Origin: Tubulanus polymorphus
Lineage: Eukaryota; Animalia; Nemertea
Assembly (NCBI RefSeq): GCF_964204645.1
Contig: NC_134034.1
Location: 682,001-746,000 of the forward strand
Reading direction: 5' to 3'
DNA: 64,000 nt
Shown here: positions 13,958 through 26,926 of the stretch, in pieces
Position numbering within the stretch: position 1 is the stretch's first letter
Layout: each line of letters opens with the position of its first letter
The notes under the pieces: generated by a model
Databases searched by the model: none
Told to the model about the DNA's origin: nothing
Seen by the model: only the letters and a program-made list of their open reading frames with translations
Made by a program: the position numbers and the translations under genes

Positions 13958-16900
13958 TCAACAGTCGATAATTTTGATATCATCGACAGCAATGTCGGAC
14001 CTGAAACTGCTGCCTACAATTCCGACAAATTTCACCTAGAAAGAGAGAATTGGAAGATCGTATCGAAGCACCAATTGAACTAGAAAATTGAATTGTAAGG
14101 GTTTGAATCCATTGATTGCATAATTTCATAATTATTTTCTTTACCTCGACCTTATTCAAATGATAATGTAGCATATTGAAATTAGTTATTGCATTTTGAA
14201 ACTGTTTGTAGAGGTCTTACTGTGAATGTTCCCGTCGATACCGGTATCGATTTCTCGTGCCAACTATTGCCCTGGTTTCCGGAGATCCTCTCAATTTCCG
14301 CAGAGTCCCTCATGACTTTCAGCGAGCCCATGTTAGAACCGTACATATGATAGGCGAATTGTAGACACTTTCCAGCAGAGTTGACGGTAGCAGTTTTCCT
14401 CATGGTAAAAACATCCCCTGGACTCATACTGGACGCTTCCACGTACATGTAATAACCTAGATATTGTACATGAGGCGGTTTAATATTCAGTAATCAGACA
14501 TAACGAATCAATATAGCTGCAAGGCAGCAATAACGGCTTCTCGGCAAAGCAGGGTTCGAATCCCAACATTCCGTGAATCTAAAGGATTTGGAAATATGAT
14601 TATGCCGACTTTGCAGAGATGGAAAAGTCATTCAAACCTTCGACCTTGGATCTAACGGAACCCTAAGTCTAGCAAGCTTGTAGTACTAGTCAGCGGGACT
14701 ATATGTTTAGACTGATGAGGACAACAAAGTCCCGTGCTCAGACATGACGAATCAATATAGCTGCTAGGCTAGAAATATGATTATGCCGGCTTTGGTGTTT
14801 AAACCTTCTACCTTGGATCTAGAGAGAGTGTACCAGTAATATAGTAAAATTGTAGCAGTAGTGGGACTATAGTCAGAATGTCGTCCGTACGGGATATAGA
14901 GAATCTCAGTATCCACAGGACCTACCAACCTCTAGACACTCGCTGAAGCACTGGCTGTTCCAGCGTGTAGAATATGCAATAAACAATACCCTTTCAGCTC
15001 CGTTGAACATTTACTGTTAGGCGCTAAACAAGTGTGACATCTATCATTATCATTATTACTATAGTCAGAGTGTCGGGATATAATATATTCAAAGCTCACC
15101 CCATCCAGATGTGTGATCTCCCCTTGGTCCTGTCTGAACAGAAGGTGTTGGTTTTCTGTAGCGTCTCCACTTTTTCGGCCCGGACGTTTGCCAACCATTG
15201 TATCCCTTCTCAAAGTCGGAATCTATTCAATAAAAGGCACATATACAATTTGTAGTTTGTATCCTCGACGATCCATAGTAAGAGTTTGTGAAATACAGTG
15301 GATTCCGACATTTATTCAGAGGTTTAATTTGAGAATAGAATTCTACCTTGAGTTGAAACGAAAATGATTCTTTTGCAAGGAAGGAAAAGATACTCGCAAG
15401 TTGAAACTAACCGAAACAAGATGGCATCGTACACGACTCAGTCTGTTTGTCACTACCCGAACAATCGCTTCCTCCGTATTTCGGTGCTGGGTTGTTACAC
15501 TTGCGAGTTCTAGTTTTCTGACCAGTTTCACAAGTAACGCTGCAAGCCGAGTACGGGGACCACGGTCCCCAATTCCCGTTAACTGCGAAAAAAAACAACA
15601 ACAAAATGTTGGTTTCCACAAACCAGGTGAATATCGATAACATAGTTCAAGAAGAAGGGCACAATTTCTGATAAGACTAAGAGAGGAGTGACGTATCATG
15701 ATTAGAATTGAATCTAAACGTCACTACTCTCTAAGTTTTGAAAACAGCTTAGTCTAAACATATTCTTTGTTTTTGAAAAAAAAAAATGTTTGTTTACCTG
15801 GTACAACCTCTGAACAGTCGGTGAATGTTAAATCATCAATGGCGATATCAGACTTATAAGAGTCACCAACTACTCCTATTATATCAACCTGTTCAAACAA
15901 ATAAACTCAAAATCGATTAATGCAATAACAAACAAACCATAAACCAAAGTGGAGGGACTGGTCTTAATTCTTAAGGGCTGCGCAGCTTAAGTGCATCTCG
16001 GATCTGTAGCCAATCTCATAACTTGAGACCTGTTAACAATCAGAAACGCATTTATGGATTTTGACGTACAACTGTTTCCAGAACATAACTTCTATCCATC
16101 CAAAGGCTTAACTTGGTTTAGCATTAATTCGTCCATCTTCAACATATAGTTAATTAACGTGTTTACCTCGATATCAGAACCGGCAGCTATTGGAACTATT
16201 TCATTCTTCCATTCATCGCCCTGATCACCTTCAATCTCAAGTTCTTCATTACCGTTCACTTCTACGATCAGTTTTCCCATATCCTTGCCGTACATGTGGT
16301 AGTAGAAATTGAAACATCCATCGCTGGCCAAGTCCAGTCCTTCCAGCCGTAAAATAGCCTCATCGTCCTTGCTCATGCTTGATGTCTCCATATACGCGTA
16401 CTTTCCGGCTACAAATCAAATTAAACATAATTTTACTGAATCGTTGAAGTCATCGAGAACGAAAAGTTCGTCATGAGTTAAACTGAATACGTTATTTATA
16501 ACGAGGAAAATACCTAAATTGTCGAATCTATCTTTGCTTGGTCCTGTGTTATAAGAAGGGGTTTTCCCGCGGGGAGTATTTCCCAGTTCAGTTTACCAAC
16601 ATTTTTCCAATTTCTCAAACCGATATCAAACGATACATCATCTGTAAAGGAACCGACGAAACCGTTTTAAAAACAGAAGACTTTAACCTGGAGTCGAATT
16701 GACCGGTTGCAAGGAGGTGGGGGCGACTTAATAAGTAAAGAATGGCGTATGGTGCGATAAAGGAATTGATTGATGCTAACCTGTTGGCTTCATTCTGCAA
16801 GTGGCTTCTAGTTTGATATCGTCAATAGCCATATCAGATTGATAACTGCGTCCTCGCTTACCTTGGATCCGTATCTATAACAGAACATGGTAAAATAAAT

Positions 16901-19900
16901 AACTGTACGTGCTTGCACCCGGTACCTCATCATCTGTGCCTGCATCCTGCCACAAACCCTGTACCCTGTTCGATCCCACTACACCCTTTATTCCACTCCA
17001 CTCTCCTCGAATATATAGCTTTCAATAATTCCAACCCCTACTTACTTTCGCAGACCCACTGGGCACAGGGGCGGATCCTTCGACCCAATGATTACCAAGG
17101 TTGCCTCGACTGACGAATGTTTCTTCCCCGTCGACTAACACGGATAGTTCACCCATTGATGTACCGTACATATGGTAGTAGAAGTTCAGACACTGGTCGC
17201 TGTTGCTCGTAAATTCTGTCGTTTCCATAACGATTTTCTGATTTTTGCGCAACGGTGAGGCTTCCATAAAAGCGTAATGACCTTGAAATATAGACACACA
17301 TAATTCAACTACGTGTACACAGAATTCGATGACGTGTACACAGAATTCGATGATGGCTTTTCCTTTCGAATCTTAATCGTCCACACTTCACATGTATTTG
17401 GTACTTCGCCCAAGGCATATGTTTAATTGAAAAAGAACTAGAAACACCAAACATAGAGGTTCCACGTTACAGATTGATGCGTCATGTAATAAGTTTAACT
17501 TATACAAATCAAATGAAAAATAACTAACCGTCTGGTGACCTGAGAGTGTGATCAAACGTGGGACCAGTCCTGTAAGACGGAGTTTTACCTTGTCCGATAT
17601 TCCAGGTAGGGCGACCCACAGTGCCCCATTGATCGAAGCCCTTCTCAAAATCTGTACTCAGCTGAGCGGCTGTAAATAAACATACCACTCAACAGTTTTA
17701 CATTTAAACACGCATATGGCCTCCAGAAAACTCAGTTCCACAATACATCATTATCTTTGACTCTAGATGAGTTGAAATCGGTCGTTCTAAATGAATTCTT
17801 GACCCTGGAACCAGTGGAGAACTCTGTTTTGAGTGTTAGGTCCAATGTTGTAACTCATCTGGGCTTTATCCCTTATAGATTAGTTTTCTTAGTGACATAG
17901 ATAATCAGCATAATGTATGCAAATATTAGAATTTTCGAATTAAAATTAACTTATTTACCTGGACAGGCGCCATCGTTACAACTAATAGACTCACTGGCAT
18001 CACCCACACAAACAGCTCCACCATTCGACGGGGCTGGGTTTGTACAAGTCCTCGTCCGTGTTTTAGTGCCATCACCACATGAGACACTGCAACTTCCGTA
18101 ATTTCCCCAGTCGCTCCATTTACCGTCAACTACAAGTAATTTAGTCATCATTAGCTGATATTCATGATTCAATTGAATATTTTGAATTTTCTATGTAACC
18201 ATAGCTTGTGTCGTAGATGGATACTTTCCATATTAATTTAGCAAACATTGATATCCTCTGGAGTTGAATTGAAATAGAATACTCTACCTGGGCAGGCGCC
18301 ATCGTTACAGCTTGTAGACTCACTGGCATCACCAACACAAACAGCTCCACCATTATACGGGGTCGGATTTGTACAAGTCCTCGTCCGTGTTTTAGTGCCA
18401 TCTCCGCACGTGACACTACAACTTCCGTAATTACTCCAATCGCTCCAGTTACCATCAACTACAATTTGATTGTCTCATCAAAGGCTGATTTGCATAATTC
18501 ATGTATAACCATTCGCAATTCGTTGTCTGTTTCGTTGATGGGATAATTTACATAATCTATGCAAATATTGATATCCTTTCGAGTTGAATTTATGTAAATA
18601 TCTAAAATCCGCTTAATAGTTCACATTCTATAATCTTTATCGAAGATAGGCAAAGCGTATACAAATATTCAAATTGACAGAGTTGAATTGAAATGATCTA
18701 ACTAACCTGGACAGGCGCCATCATTACAACTTTTAGACTCACTTGCACTACCAACACAGTTAGCTCCACCATTCAACGGAGCCGGGTTTGTACAAGTCCT
18801 CGTCCGTGTTTTAGTGCCATCACCACACGTGACACTACAACTTCCGTAATCACCCCAGTCGCTCCAGCCACCATCAGCTGAAGGAGGAGACCCACAAGTT
18901 ATCGGTTATATCAGCAAAAATAATAAACCTTTGTCACAGTCTAAGAATAGGTTAAGATCTGAACCTACTGGTGGCTATCGCTAGGGGCGCTAGTGTATAG
19001 AAATTAACCTCCTTATACTACATTTGCGATAAGAAACTGATCGAACCGATTCGGATGTAGGTGTCACTTGCGGTGACATCAGGAATCACGTATTAATCCG
19101 CTTGTTCATTTGTGAGTTTAGTGGTGATGGGTTGTGTACACAATAATGATAATGTGTAATAGAGTTTAATGCTACGCTAAGAATTGTCGAATTCAGCAGA
19201 AATAGATTTAAATATTAAGATTGAATAGTGAATTTATTTTGTCATACATACTTGGATCGCAGTGTTCGTCTGTTGCAGGACCGTCACAATCAACTGATAA
19301 ATAATTAATAAACTACAATAATTCTTCTGTGGCTTTTAGTTTTTTTAGGGATGAGAAAAAAAAATGGAAACGTTTCGGAAACATAAGGTTACAAATATTC
19401 GTATATTTCAGGAGATAAATGAAAAAAAGAAATGTATTTATAGTATATATATATATATATATACAAATACATGACGTATTATTTACTGATGTAAGGTACT
19501 GCCATCTGGCGGGATGGCTAGTACCTTTGCCCGGCGTTACGGGTGAAATTAAAACCTAATGAATAATCTTACCACAAGCTCCATGATTGCAAGCTATAAT
19601 CTCACTTTCCTCTCCGGTACAAGGCTCATCCGTACAAGTCCTCGTCCGCGTTTTAGTGCCGTCTCCACACGCATGACTGCAACTTCCGTATTGTCCCCAA
19701 TCGCTCCAGACTCCAGCTTCGACTGGAATTAAGGCAGTTTTTGGTTATCGTCACTTATCATTCCTTACCATTTAAGATAACATCGTTAAGATATCGTTTA
19801 GGGGGAGTGCGGTGAATCGACTTATCAGGTTCTTGTTAGTCCGAGGCGTAGATCCAAGGAGGAAGTGGTTTCAACTCCAACCCCTCCTCGATCGATCACT

Positions 19901-20571
19901 CTGTGTGTGAAAACTTTCTGATAGTAATATCAATATGATGAAAATAAGCACAATTCAAATCTATATCGACTGCTGTTTCGATGCCAGGCAGAAATTACTG
20001 TAAGGAGTTCACAGATATTCGTGGATGCATTTTTTATCATTGAAATATTCTGGATCGGCCCCTGCTAGCTATTTATGTCCGGTAGCTGTGACGATAATCA
20101 TGTCGTTAACGTCATTTCCTATGTAACTTGTATATTATATGGAGCAATAAAATTAAAGTTCAAGTTCATCCAAATGATAAACAATTGAATTTGGACATGC
20201 AAATTTTGACTCAAAAAAAGATGACTCTAGTAATATGATGACTTATCCAAAAGACGACTTGCGCGTAGTAATTGAAAATACGAATTGGGCTTTCAAAAAA
20301 TCGATGACTTCAGAGTATCGTGACAACTTTTCCAAACGACGACTTACAGTTAGCAAATTGAATTTGAATACAGATTAAGACACACAAATAGGGGCGACTT
20401 TAGTAATGTGACGATGTAATCGAGGCCTATACATTCACAGGTTCAGTCAGTAGAAAATATTACTAAAAATTAATCTTCTAAAAAAGCAATACGTTTCTCA
20501 CACTTACTGGTTGGAAACTGAATAAACAGCACAACTGTTAACAGCAGGCCTACTATAGCAGAACTCCTCAT
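13958..20571 (-). CDS. Secreted thrombospondin type-1 (x5) and MAM (x3) domain protein; 16 exons; +2 frameshift in exon 10
   Basis: Exons 20571-20508 (signal peptide MRSSAIVGLLLTVVLFIQ), 19722-19573, 19293-19252, 18877-18707, 18458-18288, 18129-17959, 17669-17529, 17281-17046, 16874-16781, 16641-16514, 16408-16167, 15888-15798, 15582-15412, 15222-15100, 14456-14221, 14035-13958. TSP1 motif WSDWG.CSVTCG.G.KTRTRTC; MAM motifs TPS..TGP..DHT, CL.F.YHMYG..MG.L, G.QG..W, SDIAIDD. Confidence 0.88.
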
Positions 20572-21606
20572 GTCGATACTCTCAGGAAGACAGCTTCGCT
20601 CGCGTGATTTTGGGCCTCTTTTAAATTCTCGAAGACGCAATCTTTGAATAAAATCGTGACAACAAAAACAGTAATAAGAATCTAATATATCGAACAACAC
20701 CTGGGATATTGCGTTTAAATGATACCTCATTATTTTGTTTTTATTACGTTTTGAAATAATTAAAAAAAGATTAATGGTACCGTAATGATTCTGTTACGTG
20801 CAGTCAGTCACGGATCACTTGAACGGATCCTCTAGTAGGCACGTGATGGGTGACATGAAGTGATGCAGGGTGAGTTATCTCTCTATTTTCATCATCATAC
20901 CTCGATGTTGAAGTACCGCATCCGCGATGCGAATTTTTTTTCACACCCGGTCGGTGCTCTATTGCGCATGCGTAACTCCGATTTATTTCCGGTCTACATG
21001 TTCATGAATGATGATTCAGTTCAACAGAGCAGCCGTGCAAACGTGACGATTTATCTCGAATCCTCTTCGCTCTAAATGGCCTAGAGTAAGAGTCGGACGT
21101 AGGCAGAGACAGAGTAACCAAAAATGCTGAAAATTTATGTAACAAAATGTAATAAAACAAATAATTCCCCAATTTTATTAACATTATAATTAAGGATTAT
21201 ATTCTAGACTCCAATTCTCGTTTTGTTACCTAGTGGGTTTCGTTATTCAACTAATTCCGGTTTTATAAGGAACACGTGTTTTATGTATACCGGTAGTTAT
21301 TGTGTTTACATGTTGAGATCACGTGATAGCATGTCACATCAAGAAACAAAATGGCGGACCTGGTGTGAAAAAGAAATTCGCGTCTGCGTTTAGTGTCATG
21401 TTATTCTAATAAAGTCCACTTACCGAGATTAGTGCACCGCAGCGCCTTCAGTGGAGACCTTCCAAGCGAGGCTCCGATGTTGCTTGCCTTGTACATTAAT
21501 CCTCTCTCATCCGCCGACCACACACTGGTCAGAATGATCGGGACTATCTTGGTCCTGGCTGATGCCTGGTCGTGTCCGCCGGGTCAGAATCCTAGTTCCT
21601 CAGTAA

Positions 21607-21760
21607 GGGCCAAATTCAGTTCTCGTATCTAGTCGACTAGTGGTCGAAACTAATAACCGAATGCGCTTGATTTCCGAACTATTTCCAGACTATGGTTCCG
21701 ACTAACTGACATTCGGTTTCACTTAGTTCGACTGTATTCGCGACTAACTCCGATAACCAA
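21607..21760. mobile_element. Dispersed palindrome-rich repeat (MITE-like); inverted copy at ~29600-29720
   Basis: ggccaaattc..atctagtcgactagtggtcg..aataaccgaatgcgcttgat.. is the reverse complement of 29600-29720 in opsin intron 1. Confidence 0.6.
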
Positions 21761-22399
21761 AGTTCGCCCGGCGTACGTGGGTCACCAGTCAATTTCAGTC
21801 TCCTCGTGATGAAATGAAAATGTTTTGGAATTTTCTGCAAATTTTTCATCCCGAAACAACTGATTCCAGACAGTCATTTAGGTTAGCTGTGTTTGTTTCA
21901 ATGCTCTCAATTTCGGCACAATTTTTCCTATTACTTCGTCGTAATAGTTACCGATATGAAATTGATTTATTTTCCTCTAGAAAAATGAAGCTTTCTCGCA
22001 GAAAATTCCAAAACAGGTTCATTCCACAAGTTCGAATTCTGAGTATTGTCCCACTGAAGTTCTCTTCGTCAAAGAAGGCTGAAAATCGAATCTTAGTCTT
22101 AGAAGATTTCCTCAATGTCCAAGAGAAATGGGCCTGCTGCTTTCAAGGGTTCGAATCCAGCCCGAGTTGTTCTGTGTCCACTGACGAAGGCTGCGACAGT
22201 GGGTCCGATTCAGGAATTAAAACACGATGTTTCCTTATTCCGTAGAGAAGCCTGGGGTATAAACCGGGTTTAGAATAATTATAACGAGACAAGTATAAGT
22301 ATACAATATAGGTTTATTTGATGCACAAGCTTTCGCTACTAATCAGTATTTATAGGCAGACTGACACTAATTAGAGAGAACCGAGTGAGAAGAGTAATT

Positions 22400-22555
22400 A
22401 CAAATACATAATACAATACATATTACAATACATAATACAATACATAATACAATACATGGTACAATACATAATACAATACATGGTACAATACATAATACAA
22501 TACATAATACAATACATGGTACAATACATATTACAATATATGGTACAATACATAA
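22400..22555. repeat. (AATAC)n microsatellite
   Basis: Seen directly. Confidence 0.9.
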
Positions 22556-22574
22556 TCTGGGATGCGCAAAAAGA

Positions 22575-22745
22575 CAAATAAAATGGCGCGAGATTACTTC
22601 AAAATAAAATGGCGCGAGATTACCTCAAAATAAAATGGCGCGAGATTACCTCCAAACAAAATGGCGCGAGATGAAAAATAAAATGGCGTGAGATGAGACT
22701 TCAAAAAAATAGCGCGAGATTACTTCAAAATAAAATGGCGCGTGA
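22575..22745. repeat. ~26-bp tandem repeat containing aaaatggcgcgagat (~7 copies)
   Basis: Seen directly; the core resembles a YY1 site (AAAATGGCG). Confidence 0.8.
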
Positions 22746-24934
22746 AAAATTTAATTCTATCATTTTAATGTGTAATAATATTAAGTGTATATTTGTCTAT
22801 TGTTTTATATTTGTATCACTGTTATCTGTATGTGTTTTGGGGGGTTAATAGTCCAACCCCCCTAGCTCTACATGTGTTAACGTTTATGTAGTTTCTATTA
22901 TGTAGAAAAAAGTTGTCAAGTCCAAATCGTCAATTCCTCATCCTACCAAAGTCACGCTTAACCCACAAAATCGTGGAAGCTTCGTTTTAAGGGGAGGGGT
23001 GAGGGTGGGGGGCGTTGGATAAGTGTGAAATATATTCAAAATACCTAAGAATTAACGGTTGAAATTATGTTTTAATTGGGAGGTCAAATAACTATTTAGA
23101 ACTAACATAAATTCTATCAATTCTATTTATCTACGAGAACTATTAGACATGTCATACAAGTCGCACCTGAATTTTTTCAAGCCACTCTGTCATCATCATT
23201 CAACTTCGGGTTCGATCTTCTGTGGCCCGGGGGGTCTTTTTCTTCTCACTGAAATCATGGACGTATCAACTCTAGTTGATAAGTCCACGCTGAAATATGT
23301 CCTACCTTATTCAATTCGGACCGCTCTTGTTTTTCATCAGTAGGCGAGTCTGTTAGTATCTTCCATGAAGCTGTAACACTGGGTACCGGTACCTGTTAAT
23401 TAAACCTAACCTAACCCTAACCTAAAGTGTAACTATTTTTTCCTAAATCTAAACCTATAAAACATAATTTCGACCGCTAATGTTAAATAAATGTTCCACC
23501 TACCTTACAGCAACCTTGTAACGCGGATGAAGCAGCAATTTGAAAATGTAATCCTTTTATTTAAGAGTCAACCTTAAAGTCATTTTTGAATTCCGTGTCC
23601 TGTTGCCAAAATCCAGTTGATTTAATAACAAATAGTTTATCAGCTCAGCTGCGTTTGTTACAATCTAATGAAAATTCTCTTTTTCTAAAACGTGTCCTAT
23701 CTGAGCAATATCCAGCGACAGAGACTTCTTCGCCGTGTAGAATTTCCAAGTGTAATGACAACTTGTAGGAGCGCCCACCAGTTTTTAACTGACCCCTTAA
23801 AATTCGTAGCCGGTGATTGGTTGCATAACCGATAATAAAAGCTTCGGGGAATGATTTCAAAAGGTATCGCAGGTAGGTCACTGGCCATTCTTGAATTGCG
23901 GTCAATGGCATCTTTTCTTTTGAAGTTTGAAAATGCTTGGAAGTTTGAAAACGCTGAGTTTATGTGGCGCTGATCGGCGATTATCCGGCCGGTTGCGTTG
24001 GTCTAGGCGTCGAAATAAAGCCAACCTTAGACGTCACTTCGCGGAAGGAAGTTTAGAAAGTGTAAAGAAAAAAGTGTATTGAGTGTCAGAATATTAATAG
24101 ATAGTATTTTCACCCTCACGCAAGCCTCATGGCTAGCGGGGCAGATGATCGGTTAAAAATATGCACGCCAAATTCAGACAAACTGCTCTCGTGGGCCACT
24201 GGTGGTAATAAGTCAGAAAAATTAGAATCCCAATAAGTTTGCGGACCCCGTCCCTCAGCCTTGTACAAAGCAGTCTCTCGCTTTATCATCTAAACATGTA
24301 ACTGCTCGTATTTTCACGGACTTATGGCGGCCTGTGACGCAACGCCTACCGAGGCAACTGTCGTAACCCAGCTTATGGCGATTTCCAGCAACTGAGCCTG
24401 ACTAGCAGGAGATGCAGGTAGGCGTCGAGTCGACAGAAGCCTGTCATAAACTCTTGCTAATAGTTGCACCTGGACAAGCTCTATAATTACAACGATCAAC
24501 TGGCGCTCGCTACCAACCTTGTCTACTATAACACACTTGAAATTCGGGACCCGGTTTTATGGACTGGTATCAACTTAAACTCTAGGGTTATCTTAATTGA
24601 AAATGAGTTAGCCCCCCCCGGTTTGAATATGATACCAGTCTATGAAATGGGGTAGGAAGTTTATTTGTAGGCTCAGGTTTTAGTGACGTTAAGGTGTAAT
24701 GTATAATCAAGCTAGCTAAATGCCGTCACAGGTGTTGATCGTGGTATGCCGTATACATTAAGTAGCGGTCACTGATTTTGGTAACATCTGCAGTATTAGG
24801 CGAGTCCACGTGTCAGTGATTTTAAAGCGTGGCTCTACGAAGAATTATTTTAGATAATTTTGAATATCTGTAACTAATGATTGTAGCCTGAACCGCAGTG
24901 TTACAGAGTCCGTTTCGTCTCCTTGAGAATACCG

Positions 24935-25350
24935 GTATTTCTCTGAAGATGACTATTAGGATAAAGTCGAAACTTGAATAAACTACACTAGCTCAAGGAA
25001 TACAGTATTCCTGAAGATGTCTATTAGGATATAGTCGAAACGTTGAATAAACTACACTAGCTGAAGGAATACAGTATTCCCGAAGATGACTATTAGGATA
25101 AAGTCGAAACGTTGAATAAACTACACTAGCTCAAGGAATACAGTATTCCTGAAGATGACTATTAGGATAAAGTCGAAACGTTGAATAAACTACACCTAGC
25201 TCAAGGAATACAGTATTCCTGAAGATGACTATTAGGATAAAGTCGAAACGTTGAATAAACTACACTAGCTCAAGGAATACAGTATTCCTGAAGATGACTA
25301 TTAGGATATTGTCGAAATGTTGAATAATTTACACTAGTTCAAGGAAACAT
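24935..25350 (+). ncRNA. Tandem array (~6 x 69 nt) of minimal type-I hammerhead ribozymes
   Basis: Unit: TATTC (stem I) CTGAAGA T GACT-attaggataa-AGTC (stem II) GAAA C GTT GAATA (stem I'). Units at ~25144 and ~25214 are intact; the others carry core or stem point changes. Confidence 0.75.
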
Positions 25351-25953
25351 TTCGGACTCTTTTTATTCTTAGTGTACAGGAATTTGATAATATCTTCACA
25401 ACACTGACTCACGGTGTTTTATTCGTGGTTATAATGAGAACATCAAACATTCTTGAAGATTAGGATATAGTCGAAACTACACTAGCTCGAGGAATCATTT
25501 CAGACCCGTTCGATACAAGTGTGCAAGGATTCTATATCATCTTAACAACACGTGGACTCGGAGAGTGTTTCATCAAACATTTCCTACTCGTTTTATTCTC
25601 AATACTTACCGATAACTCTCAACATCCCGTCGACCACCAGGTAGCGCCCGTGTACGAGCAGTAGTATACCATGGAAATGGTTGGAGTGTAAATAAATCGT
25701 AATCGTAATCGTAATCGTAGTATAATGCCAGGCAACCTGGTTGAATAGCAGACGAACTTCACAGATTATCGCGTTGGTTAGCGCGTCCGTTGTCAATCTT
25801 CAATCTTGTGTGATTTTATTACGAGTTATCGATAGGATATTCAGTCATCTGTCGTTTGGAAATAGTATTTATCCCAATGGCGGAGATCAAAACAAGTAAG
25901 TGATGAATTTTTCGAGACAAAAATGCATGATTTCCCTTCAAGTATACACTACT

Positions 25954-26130
25954 CAGTAGAGTCCACTTAATTCGGATTATTTGGGACCAACAAAGTTCAT
26001 CCGGTTTACGGGAAACCCGGATTAAATTTCCGAGTATATTAGTGAATAAATGGACTGCAAATAGTGCCCGGATTTGACCAAAATCCGGATTAAGCCGATA
26101 CGGATTATAGGATCAAAGCAGGTTTGACTG
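25954..26130. mobile_element. Short Tc1/Tigger-type MITE relic
   Basis: Starts cagtagagtcc.., ends ..ggtttgactg; internal ccggattaa repeats. Confidence 0.4.
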
Positions 26131-26525
26131 TCGAAAATCATACAAGTCAATAAAGAGTTGAGATTTGCCGACAGAGAATATATTTACTGCGAAATCCCGG
26201 ATAAAATTTAATGGCCATGATCGGGTAAAGCGATATAATAGCCCCTATACATTGCAGGAAACCTAACTTTCTACGGAACATTTCGTCTATTTATTGAACT
26301 TATTGCGGTTGTGATTTTCTACATGAGTATAACTGATATATTCACCTGCATACAGTAAATAAAGTGAAAATCCCACAATGAGATAACTACATGGGCGAGA
26401 ATCGAACGTTTCGACAATTTATCACCCAGTTTCAAAATTTAACTTTTTATTGAACAGTAATGATTAACAATACTGTCAGAATGTAGCGACACCAGATAAG
26501 TTAGTGATCCCTATATCTGTTAGTA

Positions 26526-26926
26526 TGGAGGGAGAGGGAGAAGGAGAGAGAGAGCCAGGAGAGGGAGAGGGAGAAGGAGAGAGAGAGAGAGCCAGGAGAG
26601 GGAGAGCCTGGAGAGGGAGAGGGAGAGCAAGGAGCGGGAGAGGGAGAGCCTGAAGAGGGAGAGCCAGGAGCGGGAGAGGGAGAGCCTGAAGAGGGAGAGC
26701 CTGAAGAGGGAGAGCCAGGAGAGGGAGAGCCTGGTGAGGGACAGGGAGAGAGAGAGAGCCAGGAGAGGGAGAGCCTGGAGAGGGAGAGGGAGAGCAAGGA
26801 GCGGGAGAGGGAGAGCCTGAAGAGGGAGAGCCTGAAGAGGGAGAGCCAGGAGAGGGAGAGCCTGGTGAGGGAGCGGGAGAGGGAGAGCCAGGAGAGGGAG
26901 AGGGAGAGCCTGGAGAGGGAGAGGGC
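26526..26926. repeat. GA-rich 15-21-bp satellite (ggagagggagagcc)
   Basis: Seen directly. Confidence 0.9.

Noticed and set aside
14712-14740. CTGATGA-GGAC..GTCC hammerhead-like string
   Set aside because: No GAAA after stem II and no stem I or III.
21814-24655. Several 60-143 aa ORFs between the TSP1-MAM and opsin genes
   Set aside because: No recognisable motifs or coherent splice structure; possibly decayed transposon DNA, but I cannot support a call.
24935-25350. CRISPR-like appearance of tandem arrays (also 3985-4600, 31810-32610, 51478-51988)
   Set aside because: Whole units repeat with no unique spacers, there are no cas genes, and the context is eukaryotic.
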